A stretch of 64,000 nucleotides of DNA, taken from Chrysomallon squamiferum. Its lineage: Eukaryota; Animalia; Mollusca. Each line of letters opens with the position of its first letter. Within the stretch, counting starts at the first letter, position 1. The position numbers were made by a program, and so were the translations under genes. Positions 26,580 through 41,648 of this stretch are shown in pieces. The notes under the pieces were generated by a model, which saw only the letters and a list, made by a program, of their open reading frames with translations, had not been told where the DNA came from and did no database searches. Where the stretch lies: assembly GCA_012295275.1 (NCBI GenBank), contig CM022665.1, positions 23,436,001 through 23,500,000 of the forward strand, read 5' to 3'.

Positions 26580-27120
26580 TTTCTCTGGCTACGTCATTAA
26601 AAAAGGAAGAGCCCGAGGATTAGCGGTAAAATTCGAGATCCGAGCACGTGCGGGAAACCTTTAATCCCTCCCTTCTACACTAGACAGTGCTGAGGGCTTG
26701 CTGGAGATAGCGCAGATTTCTGACAGCTTCAACGCGACCTGTCAACTAAGATATGATTGGTAAACAGAATCTATCTTCTTGCTTTACCACAGGTGGGTGG
26801 GGGCTAAAGGGGGTTACAATAGCCAATTACCCCCGTGACATGTGTATTTGAGGCGCGTGCAGGAACCAGAAGTACGAGGCGTTGCTGAATGGAGGAACAT
26901 GATCGGCGCAGGACAAGGGTGTTACGTCAGAGTTAATCATCCACGAAGTGGACGCGTAGTGATCATCGTGGTGGCTGTACCAAAAGTTAGTGACAGATAT
27001 TAGTAACTAATAATCGACTTTCCTACCATCACTCGACACTTTGTCAATACATTCATTGCTAATCACAGAACGTTAGGAAAAGACGAGCTTGTGTTATTAA
27101 CTCTTGCAGATCAAAGGTGA
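26580..27120 (+). promoter_or_regulatory. Probable proximal promoter of gene B
   Basis: GC/CpG-richer island 250-750 nt upstream of the ATG. Contains CACGTG near 26645, GATTGG near 26755, GGGTGGGGG near 26794 and CCAAT near 26823; no clear TATA box. Confidence 0.45.
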
Positions 27121-27343
27121 TATAGGTTTTAACTATATATTTTTATTTTAGATAAAGAAGGAATATTTGAAGGGAAAAAAAACAAAACTAAAAAAAAACT
27201 AAAACCGTCCTACATTATCGTATCTTAACATTTAACAGCAAGAAGAACAACTAAATCGAAGACTGGGAAAAAAAAAAAAACAAGCTGAAGTTGGACTTTT
27301 GGAAGGAAATATTTGTTGGCTTCTTTCATTTTTAACTTTCAAA

Positions 27344-27773
27344 ATGATGAACGGACTTCTTGCAACTTCTACATCTCAGATGTCGCAGTTTCAGAATCAT
27401 TATTCGTCCGGCGGTCCGTTCGGACAGATGTACAGTCAACAACGACCATCCTTCGCTATTCAGGAAATTCTCGGTTTAAATTCATGTAGACAAAATTCTA
27501 GTCCTGACGTTATGGACCATTCTTCAATGGCACCATCGGGTTTAACGGGAATGTACTTTCCAGGACTTAATACAAACCCCATGGGTCCGGACCCTTCGAC
27601 AGCGTCGTTTCTACGTGAACAGCAACAGCAGCCGACGTCAACATTTTGTCCATGGCGCTTTGATTTAAGTCAGGCGACAGCTCCTCAAAGCATCTCATCG
27701 TCCCGATTTACAGGAGCAAGAAATAATGTTGACGATTTCAACTTTCCTTACAAACCTAACACACCAGAAGAAG
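27344..27773 (+). CDS. Vsx: Vsx gene B coding exon 1 ([24 protein letters not shown])
   Basis: First in-frame ATG at 27344 (AAAATGATG); donor G|GTAAGA at 27773/27774 (phase 1); octapeptide close to Chx10 FGIQEILGL. Confidence 0.9.
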
Positions 27774-28207
27774 GTAAGATATTTTAAAATATTTCATCTC
27801 ATAAAACATGAATACCTAAATTTTAAAATTTTATGCACAACGATTTCATCATAAAGTTACAAGTTTTTTTTTTTATATTAAACCAAACCTTTTTTTTTTA
27901 ACTTGTATGTAATTATTTCTTAGTTTGTTTGTTTGTTTGTTTATTTATTGGTTTGTTTGTTTACGTTTATTTTAACTGGTTTTTTTCTTCTCTAAATATG
28001 AAAAAAAAACAAACATTAAAATTAAGAGAAAAGGTTATAAATAATATTAATTTTTTTACTTTAACAACTATTCGAAGAATTTCCTGGTCGAAATGTTAAT
28101 TAAAATTTAAAAAGTAATATTTTATCAAATAATAAATATACTGTATATATCTAATACATTTTTAAAGCAAAACTAAAATCCATTTAATAGAAAAAGAGAA
28201 ATAAATA

Positions 28208-28241
<34 letters not shown>

Positions 28242-28565
28242 GTAATTTTTTAAAATAAGCACAAAACAACAAAAACCAAACCAAACCAAATAACAATTAA
28301 ATAAATAAATAAATGAAAACTAAATAAAGATGTAAAAATATGTAATCAGGATATTAAAATTATTTGTCACTGTGTTATATTTTATATTTATTAATATATG
28401 TAATAAAATTAGGACAGCGACATGTTTTGTTCTTACCTCACTTTCAGAACTTTCTGTTATATAGAATAATATATTATTCATTTTCATTTATTTATTACTG
28501 TAATAATACCTTGTTACGAGGGTCTGATCTATGTACTCTACAAACAACAGAAATACTATTACTAT

Positions 28566-28597
<32 letters not shown>

Positions 28598-28638
28598 ATA
28601 ATAATAATAATAAAATAATAATAATAATAATAATATTA

Positions 28639-28679
<41 letters not shown>

Positions 28680-28952
28680 GATTATTATTATTATATAAAT
28701 TAATTCATTAAAATAAATAATTAATAAATATACTGTTACTAATTTAGTTATGCTCTTTCTAATAAAAAAACAAAATAAATAAATTAAAAATTAAAAAATT
28801 AAACAGTTAATAATTAAGCCTTACTGGGAAATTTTATATTTATGTTCCACAGCAAAATTTATATAAATTATAATATTATTGTTTAAATCTAAAAATGCTT
28901 AAGTATATTTGCATATATATGTTGTGTTGTTCTGCTATTGTGGTTTAAAAAA

Positions 28953-28990
<38 letters not shown>

Positions 28991-29952
28991 GTAATAATAT
29001 ATATATATATTTCTTTTTATTTCTTTCTTAATTTATGTCGTTTTAATTTTTATTATTATTTTTAGCGCTATATTTGAATTTTTTACAATTAAATATTAGC
29101 AAAAAGTGAAAATCCAACAATTTAAATTAATATTACATTATATTTATTTATTTTTTTTTTTTTTATTTATTTATTTATTTATTTATTTATTTTATTTTAT
29201 TTTATTTTATTTTATTTTATTTATTCATTTTACTTTATTTTATTCTATTTTTAAACAAAAGAAAAGAAAGGAAGGGGAAAAAAATAAAAGAAAGACATTT
29301 TTTTCTTCTTCTTCTTTCTCTTGCACTGGTGCGATGTCGCGTACACTGTACTTTAAAAAAAAAAAAAAAATTAAAGTTAAAAGAAAATTTTCGAAAAATA
29401 TTTCTTGGATGTTAGTCTTCGTCCAGACCACCTGCGGGAACCTGTGCCACAAATAGCCTCGATCTCACGGGAACTTGTTTTCTTTTCCAGTTTAATTATT
29501 TTTGTTTTGGTCCGTCTTGTAGGTGTAGTCGCAGCTTTTAAGACCCAGACCAATTTTATTTCACAACAAATGGCGAAAGAAGTCTGGTGTGAAACCGCGA
29601 ACTGATGCGAGAATTAATATATTCCTTGTAGAATCTGGTCTCCAAAATATCAGATATCAAAATATTAGTAAAGTGCGTCAAAATTCAGCATTAGAATTTA
29701 TCCTTTGGCTGTGGTTAGCAAAATGTTCTCACGCAAAATGATCCATTTTGTTTTGGTTGTTCCTTCGTAAAGTGAATTGGTAAATAGCTAATTAATTTTG
29801 TACAAATCTTTGACTTAAACATCAAATAATGTTTACTTAAAGAGAAATTAAATAAAACTAGTAAAGTACATACACATTTTGTTTCGTTTCAATTTTTCAT
29901 TAAAAACGTTGATCTTTTGTGGTGGTGAATACTTTAAATATCTTTGAAGATG

Positions 29953-30002
<50 letters not shown>

Positions 30003-30238
30003 GCGACAATATCAGTTATCATTCATATGTTTCAAAGTTATATAGAAAAATAGTTTAAAATATTCTGTTATTTGTTCATATTTAGCAATAGGTGTTTAGA
30101 ATATAAACAAACAAAACATCCTACAAAAATAATTCAAATTAATAATTATTACCTGTGCGAAGATGCGAATATCTTTTTATTGAGATTATGATTAGTTTTA
30201 TATATATTGTTTAATTTAGAAAGGAAAATAACAATAAC

Positions 30239-30274
<36 letters not shown>

Positions 30275-30508
30275 CGAAGAGGAAAAAATATAATAATAAA
30301 ATAGAGGTATAGAGAAAAAGAAGAAAAGAAACATAATTTAGAACATGGTATAAAAATTAAAGATAAAAACAGAAAGAGGAAAGAATAATATTATTTATCT
30401 GTAATGTATATTTTTTCTTTTATAGTCTAAACATACATGCTTATTTTATTAAATTACGTTTTAATTATTTGATTTCGTAGTGACATTCTAGATGTATCAT
30501 ATATATAT

Positions 30509-30583
<75 letters not shown>

Positions 30584-30656
30584 ATGGAATATGTCGTCTA
30601 TTTTATAACTTTTTAAACATAAAAAGGTTAACTCTAAATTAAATAATAGATATATA

Positions 30657-30693
<37 letters not shown>

Positions 30694-33272
30694 TGGAATA
30701 TGTCGTCTATTTTATAACTTTTTAAACATAAAAAGGTTAACTCTAAATTAAATAATAGATAAATATATTCTACGAAAACTATTAATAATATATAAAACCA
30801 TGAAAGAAAAGATACTGACTGGATGTTACTTTTTCAGTTCAGTAAATTCAGAAGTGTTATTTACTAAAGTATACACACACATACGTACAAAAATACATAC
30901 ATATACACGCACACATTCTGAACGTTTCCTAGCTATATGAAGGGAATCTATGAATTTTTTTTTGTTAAAGAGAAGATTTTTAGTTTAAGATTCGATTCCA
31001 GTCTCAACTAATTAGAATCGGAAGTGGGCCGAGTTGTCACCTGCAACTGTGAAAATATTTGTGCTTTTGCAAGTGTTGGTAATGTCCGTGATGATTTCCA
31101 AATGTTAAACCGTTTAAAAACATTTACATTCACTTGCTGTTAAAATATGTTCGATATCAAGAACCTGTTTTTTTGGCAGCTTCAGATCTAATTTTTGTAT
31201 ATATCCAATTAACGTTTCTAACAGTTCTTCTAATTCCTTCTTCTTCCTTGTCAAATTCTTTCTATGTGAACGATATAGTATTATGTCTAAGTTATATATA
31301 TTGTATGTATGCATTTATAGATGCATTTATGTATATATAATATGTATATGTGCGTATGCATGTATGAACATAAATGTACTAATTTCTCTTGTGTATGTGT
31401 GTGTGTATGTGTGTTCGTGTGTGTGTGTTTATGTCTGTGTAAGCAAATAATTCTTTGAATCGACAAGATAGTCTATTTTATTTTCTAGTAGAATTATTTA
31501 AACATAACCTGGCAAATGATAAAGACATTTTTAAAAAAGATGATTTTACGGACACTTCACAAAGCTGAAGAAATATTTTCGTACACGTTCACCCCATGTG
31601 CTTCTCTTTCATGAATGACAACATAAATAAACTATTCACTTAAATAATCATTTTGTCTCATCTCAATTTACAAATCTTCTGAATTTGTTTGGGAAGGCGT
31701 CCTCGATAAGAACGAGGTGATAATTTAATCAAATGTAATAATATATTTGTTGGGCGTGATTGCTGAAAGCGATTGTACCTATCATTAGCCTAATTGGGTA
31801 AACAGTGGAAAAAAATAAAACAAATAAATTATCGATGGATAAATGATATGTGGACCAAGTGTTAACTAGAAGACCTGTCAAAACAAGGGATTCGGTTGCA
31901 AAACGTTGACTGACTGCGTGATGACTTCGTGATACGAAGACATGCAGGTTGACTGCTTTCACGGGAGGATACAAGGGGGAGCTGAAGGTCTCTGACATTT
32001 TAAAATATTTTGTTTTCGTTTTAGAATGCTGTTTGCCGTATCGTTTTTCAGTCTGTTGAAGGAACAGCGATGATGTGTGCCTTCTGACGTAATTTCATTC
32101 TACACCCATTTTTTTTTTTTTATTTCAGTCAGATTAATGAAAATTCATTGCATTTAGGTTTGCAACAGTTTTGATACTGCTTTTAAATTATCTAACAATA
32201 TCACAGATAATAATGATAGAAAGAAAGAAAGAGGGAGAGACGAAAAATAAAGGAAAAGAGAAGAATGAGCGAAGAACAAAGAAACCATAACATAATAACA
32301 AATATAAAAAATATGTATAATATTAAAAAATCATCTGAAGGTATGTAGGAATAATACACATGTTTTAACTTCAGAACTTGCTCTTGTATAAATATGTATA
32401 TATCCCCAAGACTGGTTGTAAAAATTATTGGTAGATTCTTATCTCTTTTTTAGAAGATACACATAAAAATAATACCCTTTACTATTCATTGAAAAAAAGC
32501 ATTAGTTCTCATGTAAAGATTATATAAATAAATCAGAAATAGTAAGAGTTCGACATCCAGTAGCCGATAATTTGACATTAATTACCAGGCCTTTAATAAA
32601 TAAAAGAAACTTCACAGTTTTTCCTTTCTGAAATGGCAGTGATGATTTTAACTTTGTTATATTGTCTTTTATATTTTAATATAATCAAAATATATATACA
32701 GACAAATACTTTGTTAATAAAACTATTCTATTCGCAGAGCTATGATTACCCATCATAGCACATTCAGTAATAATTTTTAAAAGAAATACCTTTGTTTTGT
32801 CAACAACTCGCCATCTTAATTTTACTTCTATGCAGTATCAGTTTTCTAACATCTGGTAGCAATATTCTTAAAGCCCACTATTGTAAGATTGTATTCAGTT
32901 ATGTTTTCATTTATCATGTAAGATAACAGGCTAAACAATACTGGCACATTCCTTATTTATGTCGCAGATTAAGTGCTCATAGCTGTCTTGGTGTTTGGTC
33001 GTATCGAATTAAACAAACTTCTTTAAATTAGGTTAATTACAGACAATTCTCTATTGGCAAGTGTCTAAGTCTTTAAGTAAATAAGTTCATTGCAGGTAAT
33101 TGCGTATAAGTTTATTCGTTTACAACGTGGTTAGCATAGTTTTGAAGTTTAAAAACAAAACTTAAACAATAAACAAAAGCTTTTTTTTTTCGTTCTAGAA
33201 TTGTGCGCGATGTTGGTCTTTCGTTTCGTGGTAAGAAATGATATGAGAAAATTTTAAACTCCCCTGCGATTA

Positions 33273-33320
<48 letters not shown>

Positions 33321-34108
33321 AAGAAAAAAAAAAAAAAAAAGAAAGAACACATGCACTGACAGGAACATATGCAGAAATATGTACAAATTCAGTTTTGTAA
33401 ATATATATATATATACACACACAATATTCATGGGGTTAACTTCTTTTTCATTAACGGATAGAAACTGTAATGTTTACATTAACAGCTGTATGCATAAATA
33501 ATCTCGAACTAAATCAGAAGAAACAGACTAATATTTTATCATGAACCTCGGATGAAAGTTATCTAAGTCAACATTGCTTTCATATTGTCGACTGTTTCAC
33601 ACGTGCACACATAGTCGAGTTGAGGGAATATCTTAATCCGAAGGATAAATATTTGGCTAATTATCAGTCACCGGGCAAACAAACCTCTCCTTGCCTGCCA
33701 CACTTGGAACAAGAATGCGATTTTATTGCCGTGAATTTGTCACGTCTTATGTTTAATCCATATATTGCGAGCAAACAAATATTGCGAATTGTTTACAAAA
33801 CCCATCATGGAGTGAACTAAACTGAAGAGATTTGAAAGCTTAATGTAATGTAAGATAGCGAATTCAGTTAAATAACTTACTCTCAAGTTTTATAAATTTC
33901 TACGTGTAAAGCGTTAAATAGTTTATATTTATAGTGAGTGCAGAAACAAAAGTCCTGTATTGTATTTATTAAATAAATATATAATTGGGTTTATTTGTCG
34001 AAGGAACTAGATTACTAACAGTTTTTATTTTATTAAACCTTTTTGTTGTTGTTGAATAATAATAATGATAAAAGTAATGATGATGATGTTGATAATAATA
34101 TCAATAAC

Positions 34109-34157
<49 letters not shown>

Positions 34158-34863
34158 GTAGTAATAGTAATAGTAATAATAATAGTTGAGATGATGATAG
34201 TAATAACAAAAGTTGCAATAATAACAGAAGCAACATTCTACAGTTGTAGAATATTGTTAATAGAAATAATAATAGTAATAGAAGAGCAAGTAATATTATT
34301 ATAGTAGAAATAGTAGTAGTAATAGTAGCAGCAGCGGCGTTATATATTATTATAATGTTACTAATATTTTGAATGTTTTAAACTATTGTTTCCTTTCTGT
34401 GTGAACCTAATTGTCATTTCTCAATAGTTTCTTTGTCACTGTTTTGTTTGTTTCTTTCATTACTCATTTGACTGTATGCAACTATTACTTAAATATTCTG
34501 TGTGATTTTGTATAGGTGCGAGCAAATTAGTAGGAGCGATTCCATTCCCAGGGGAAAAAAAAATTAACTAGATAAGAAAGTTATTAGTTATTATTACATT
34601 ATCAACAAAGTCAATAACAATGTTCAGTTCTACATAGTGTCAAAACATACAGTCGTTCAAAGATTTCGTGTTTACCAAATTAACCCTGGTAACATTTTAC
34701 CACTGCGTCCAGTGCCACCCACTTTCTCAGTTTCCACTACGTTCAACACCTTCCTTCTCCACATGTCGTGAAACGATCCAATTTTCACCAGTTAGGACCT
34801 TATTATTTTCTATGATACCGAGAATTACTTAACATTATCAGTTCCCGTTTTTGTCACGTTTAC

Positions 34864-34896
<33 letters not shown>

Positions 34897-35907
34897 TTCA
34901 CTAATTCATCAACAGGTTTTAGCTTATCGATATAGAAGAGAGAGAAAAAAAAAGAAGTAAAAAGCAGCAGAAGAATTTGAAACACCTTAAACTGTTTCAT
35001 TGTTCAGCGCATTCATCGCTACGGAGAGCGGACAACTGTATAGTTAATATAATAGAAGAAGGCGCGAAAAACCTCGTTGTGTCGTCAAGTAAGCTGACAA
35101 TAGCTTGCGTTAATTAACTCCGCAAATGACGAAGTATTTAAGTCCTGCCATTCGAGTGTTTCGGAGAGTTGTTCAACGTCTTTGAGAAACTTGAGTGGAC
35201 GATTATGACGTTGGACACCTCATCCATTTGTCGCTTTTCACGGCGAAGTGTCGTAACGGACATGACAATTAAACGCTTGGCGAGTCAGCTTTTCACAGCT
35301 AGCAAATCGTTACAGAACTGACAATTAAACGGTCGACGAGTCCGGTTTTGCACTGGCGGGTGGCTGGGTACGACGAAACGCGTTTAAAGCTGGCATTTAC
35401 CTAAACTCTGTCAGAAACTTCAAAACCCGAACAAGAGCTAGGGCGATTTCGACAATCCCACACGGTGTTTCGCCCCCTCCCCCGGGGTTTCTCTTGTCCG
35501 TCGTGACGGCCCTCACGTGGAAGCCAGAATAACGCCTGAATGTGTCATTAAAAATCATTGTTGACTTTTGTTTATTGTTTTCAAAAGCTTGTTGAGACAT
35601 TTTGTTAATATTAATGACTGTTTTAGACGTGTTAAATCAATTTGTCAGCATGAAGCCAGCACCCAAAGTTCAGACAAATGTTAAAATTACATGTATCAGA
35701 ATTGCCCAGGTTAAACACGCGTTATTGCTTTCCCTTATAATTGTACACTTGGAGATTTACGTTATTAAATAAATACTGTATTACCAGGAACATTATAGTG
35801 AGTAGGGACAACATGTCTAATGTTAAATGGGATAAAACTGAAATGACGGTTTCATTTTTATTCAGATTAATAATAATTATGTATAAATAAATACTTATAT
35901 TATTAAT

Positions 35908-35955
<48 letters not shown>

Positions 35956-37576
35956 TTAATATTTATTTGTAAAATATTCTAATTAATATTTTAATATTGT
36001 TTATATAAAATTTTTAACTAATCATACATTTTAATGAAAAGAATCTCGATTTAAAAATAATATATTGTAAATCAGAAATAAAAGCAATGATAATTGTAAT
36101 AATATATTATAATAAATTGATAGATTTTGTTTTCTTTTCCCTAATCGTTTTGACTGATTTTTATTTGAATAGTTAATTTTAATTTGAACTGCATATCCGT
36201 TTTATGTTCTTTTTCCCCAAAGTATTTTATTATTATTATTATCATCATCATCATCATCATTATTTTTATTATTATTATTATTATTTTTATTATATTCATT
36301 TTATTAATTAATCAAATTAATCAAATAATAATAATTTTATAATATAAAATATATATTTATTTATTTATTATAGTAGCTATTTATTTAGTTGTCGTATGCT
36401 TATTTATTTGTTTGTTTTGTTCTTTTGTTTTTTGAAACTTTTCTTTCTCATTTCTTATTTTATGTCACATTATTTTTATTACAATGCCACATATATATCA
36501 TAACAACACTATTATTACAAATAAACTATATGAAGTTATTATTATTATTATTATTGTTGTTGTTGTTGTTGTTGTTGCTGTTGGTATTATTAGTAATGAT
36601 GGTGGTTGTAGTAGTAACTGTAATAGCAGTAGTAGTTGCAGCAGTAATAATAGCAATAGTATCAGCAGTTCTACTGACATTATTTATCGCTAATAAAAAA
36701 TATCGAAAAACAATAAGACGAACAAAGGAATAAATAACAATAATTAAAATTTAAAAAAAGACTAACATAACAGTTATTATTACCTTTATTAAGATTTAGT
36801 TAAAGCTGAATCAAGTATATTGATTACATACATAATCGTAAGTAAACCAGGCTTTTAGAATATTAGTCGACAAATATGTTTACTTCATTTTAAAAATAGA
36901 AAAAGGTAATGATCAAAATATTTATAGAACATACTTATATTAATTATTATTCAAAAGAAGAGAAATGATTCTTATTTTAAATTTAAAAACGTGGTAATAA
37001 TTTAAATGTAAATAATATAATTGTGGTTGTAATTTTCTTTAAAATGTGTTATAATAATAATAATAATAATAATAATAAACAAAAACAGTAATAATAATAA
37101 ATAATATAAAACAATAACAAATTAAATTAAAAAGTATTGAAATAAAATAAATGAATGATATATGAATTGAGAAAAATTACTATTAATTAACTTGATAAAT
37201 ATTCAAAGAAAGAAAGAAAGAAATAAAGACAGAACGAAAGAAAAAAGAAAGAAAGAAAGAAAAGAAAAGAAATAATTTCTAATTAAATAATTTTTATCTG
37301 TTTATTACGATTATTATTTTTTATTCTATTTTGTTTCTTTCTTTGTCTAACTGGTCTTTTCTTTCGTATTTATTATACTGAAAATGACAGTAAAAATGTG
37401 TGTTAGAGATGAACATTTGGTAATTTTTTTACTAATCTATTAATTTGAAATTATTTTTTTATTTCCAGTTCCAAGGCAGCCATGTCTACAAACTGAGAAA
37501 GCTCACGAAAACAGCATCAATGTTAAGAAACAAAAGAAACGAAGACGACACAGGTAAACATAATTATATTTGTACG

Positions 37577-37607
<31 letters not shown>

Positions 37608-37672
37608 CAGCAACAATAATAATAATAATTACAAGAGCAGTAATAGTAATAGTAGTAGTAGTAGCAGTAGTC

Positions 37673-37738
<66 letters not shown>

Positions 37739-40439
37739 ATAATAATAATAATAATAAATCCTATAAGCATAAACACCGCCAATAATTTAATGGTTCTTTA
37801 TTTATTTATTTATTTTTAAATATTTACTAATTAAGGCGTTTTGGACCAGACAAGTATAGCTCTCGTTATGTTGCTATAATTTTTTAATTTTTTTTTAGAA
37901 ATTAACGTATTTTTAAGCCAAATTCAAAAGATACCAGTAAATGTAATTAGCTGATGAACTAAACTTTAACACAAATTTCCTGCTAAATTCCTCGTGTGGA
38001 ACAGAGCATTTAAATAATCTGCTTATTGAAGAACTTTCAATCACATGCATGTTACTAAATTATTTGACGGACACATTTTTGTAAATATGCCATGAACTCT
38101 TTGGTAAAAATTATATTGTTAACAGTTTAAACTGGGACATTTTTATAAAAATATGCTAAGGTTTAAAACTGTTTTGTGAGATAATGCAAAACCAGATAAT
38201 ACTAGAAATACATATTAAAACACAATAAGCTATAGAACATCATACTGCTCCATTGTGACATACAAGTTCTATATAAAGAGAAGTGCTTTGAGAATAGCGA
38301 GTTTAAAATTTGTATTTTATGAAACGAATGAAATAACTACGGCTAAGTTAACGTATGAATGTGTAATTAGAAGTTATACGCTTGTAAGTGACAAGATGGT
38401 AAAAATAATAATACATTATTGCTCGATGTAATGCTCTTCTGAAAGAATCTAGATAATAAGTAGGAAGAAACATTTAATTATACACCTTAATTTATAAGCG
38501 GTTTTACATTATAAAATCTATTCTGCGATTTATTATTATCATTGTTTGTTGCTGCTGTTGAATATCCAGTAAATAAACTGGCACGAATTAAGGAACATGG
38601 GACAAAAGTGTTTCTTTCTTTCTTCTTAAGTCAAAATAAAATATTAAACAGATTATTAGAGCTGTTGAACAGATGTCTTGAATTTTTCAGGCTTTCAAAA
38701 TCACCGTTTCTTTTCTGTAAGAACCATCAACTTCTCTGATCAGCTACTTGAGAACTGAATTCACTACATCTTTTGTGTTGGGTGACGTCATGGCTAATCA
38801 TAGAGCCTGGTCTTCTAGCTGATATTTGAAACAATGATTTAGCTGCTAATGAGATAATATACACCGACACTAAATGTCTTCCCCGTCAGCGTTACTAAGG
38901 AAATGGAATATATCCGTATAACGTATTGATTTTATGTCAAATGAAAAAATAAAAGACGAACATCTCTGATCACTGGATCTTTGGTTGAAAGACAATTAGT
39001 CTTTTTGACTTGTGATTACAGAGAGAAAAAAGACGTTGTCCACAGTCAAATTAGAGCTATCATATTGCCTTCGTTTGACCAAAGTCTTCTAATTAGTTGT
39101 TCGTTTATTTGCCGCCGGATCTCGACGTCCTCTCGTCACAACGAGATTTCGCGAATGCCTGGTGCGGATCACGTGATCGAAGCGTGCCACGCCATCTTGA
39201 AAAGATGTTGCCTCCATTCGCCTCAATTTAAATTGGTCCGTCTTTGTGTTACGCAGCAGGATAAAAAGTGAACGATGCATGTATTTCTTCCCCTCTGATT
39301 TGAATTATAATTGGCACAGAACATTTTTGTATTCTTTAAACAAAGACAAAGCGGTATGTTTCAAAAACTTTGGGGAAAAAGAAAAGAAAAAAAGAAAGAA
39401 AAGATACTCTATCTAAAAGAACAAATAACAAACTTAAAAACAATGTAATTAAAAGTTATATAATTTATTTCTAAAATGATATGTACAGTTTAATATGTCA
39501 GTCCAAATTGCAGACTAAATTACCATAATTAATAAAAAAAAAAAAAAAAAAAATTGAGAATTTTAAATCATTATTCCCATTAGTGATGAAAATGTTTAAG
39601 TCTTTAATTATCGAACTGTATCTGAATAGCGCTTATAGAAACCCGAAACCCGTTTTATTTATTTATTTAATTTTTAATTTAATTTTATTATTTTCTTCTA
39701 TTCGGTTTGTTTTGATTACTCTTAGCTATTTCATACTAAGATGCAGTGTACTGTTCGGCATCTTAGGCAACTTCAGAATGTGTGTTATTTGTTTGTTATC
39801 TTACGTGACTCTGTGCAGTCTTATCATCCGTATTGGCAGATTATTAACAAACACATGTTTAACTAGATAAATACGGGTCAATCGAAAAGCAAGCCGAAGT
39901 AGTCCGCACACAATGCCGTCGTGAAGATATTTGTCACAGATTACTAATGTCATCAGTTTATCAGAGTCTCCCTCTGTGAGATTCGCACTGTCTGTCTAAT
40001 ACAACTCGATAATTAACACAGCGTGATGCAAACTGAGAATTTCACTGATAATAACGTTTATAATAATATTATTGTTATTGTTACACAGCTGATAATAAAT
40101 TTAAAATAAAATATAAGAATGTCCTAAGGCGTAATAGGTTAGTAATTTTTGTATTTATTTATTTAGATTATATAGTATTTATTATATATTTGTTTATCCG
40201 GTGTTCTATTTTTTTCTATTTTATTTTATTTTATTAATCTATTTATTTGTATTGATTTACTAAACATGACTAAAAAATTTTTTTAAAAATTAAAAAAATT
40301 GTGAAAAATAATATTAGTGTAGCAGCGTATTTTTTATTTACAATATATATTATGATTTATTTATTTATTTATTTGTTTATTTATTTATTTTTTATTTATT
40401 TTATTTTATGTATTTATTTATTTATTTATTTATTTATTC

Positions 40440-40503
<64 letters not shown>

Positions 40504-41551
40504 TTATCCTGTCCCGATATTTTTTTTCTATTCTAACAAAAATTTCATTTACCTTGGAATTAACTCAAGTCGAGTTTCTATCCAGTGATCGATACTGTAA
40601 TAATGAGCTAACTGTAAGAAGTGTTCATTTTGTGTGATCATCTGCTGTATAACCCGATTTCTGTTACATTGCATGTTAAATTCTAATCATTTAGCACGAT
40701 AAGGAAACCTCAATGTCACCGAGTGCTTCTTACTGCATCTCTCACTCTGACGAAACAAAAATACCGAGGAATCTATCTTGTGTTTGCGTCTGCTTCTAGA
40801 ACTTGTCAGAACCGGGGGTGTCTACGTAATGTGACACAAAACAAGCTTCATTGCCTCAACATGAAATAATACATTAACTCCACGTCTTACGTTGTCTAGC
40901 GATCGCCAAGTCTAGTCTCAAGAATGACCCTGTTAGTTTTATTAGTTATTTTCCATATTTGTTCATTTTTAGCGACTGCTACAGTAAAGGCTATGATAGG
41001 TTCTTTGATGTAACAGTAGTTATGGAATCGATCCTAGGATATATTACATTTATTATAAGTTGTATTAAAAAAAAAAGGTTTACAAATGTCTGGTTCTAGC
41101 AGTCAGTTTGGTTACAATCTGAAAGACTGTTATTATGTAACGAATAACGCCATCTAAAACCAACCATTTAGTACATAAAGATATAAATATTAATATATGG
41201 TGTAAAGAAATATAATATAATATAATATGTTTTCTCTGTGGAATAGTAAATAACGAGAATAATAAACCTATCTTCATGTTATCTCTTATTAAATACATAA
41301 ATCATTTGTGTTCTCAGGCAAAGGGAATAAAATAGACTATACGACCAGTGGTAATGTAATGTCACTACGAATGTAAAATATTCGCTGTTGATTCCTTTAT
41401 TGTTTTATTTTATTTTCAGAACTATTTTCACAAGTTATCAACTGGAGGAACTAGAGAGGGCATTCAAAGATGCACATTATCCTGATCTGTACGCCAGAGA
41501 ACTGCTGGCTTTGAAGATTGATCTTCCAGAAGACAGGATACAGGTATTTAT

Positions 41552-41648
<97 letters not shown>

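Noticed and set aside
27299-27343. ORF track start MEGNICW upstream of gene B
   Set aside because: It begins at TTG. The first ATG, in a good AAAATG context, is at 27344.
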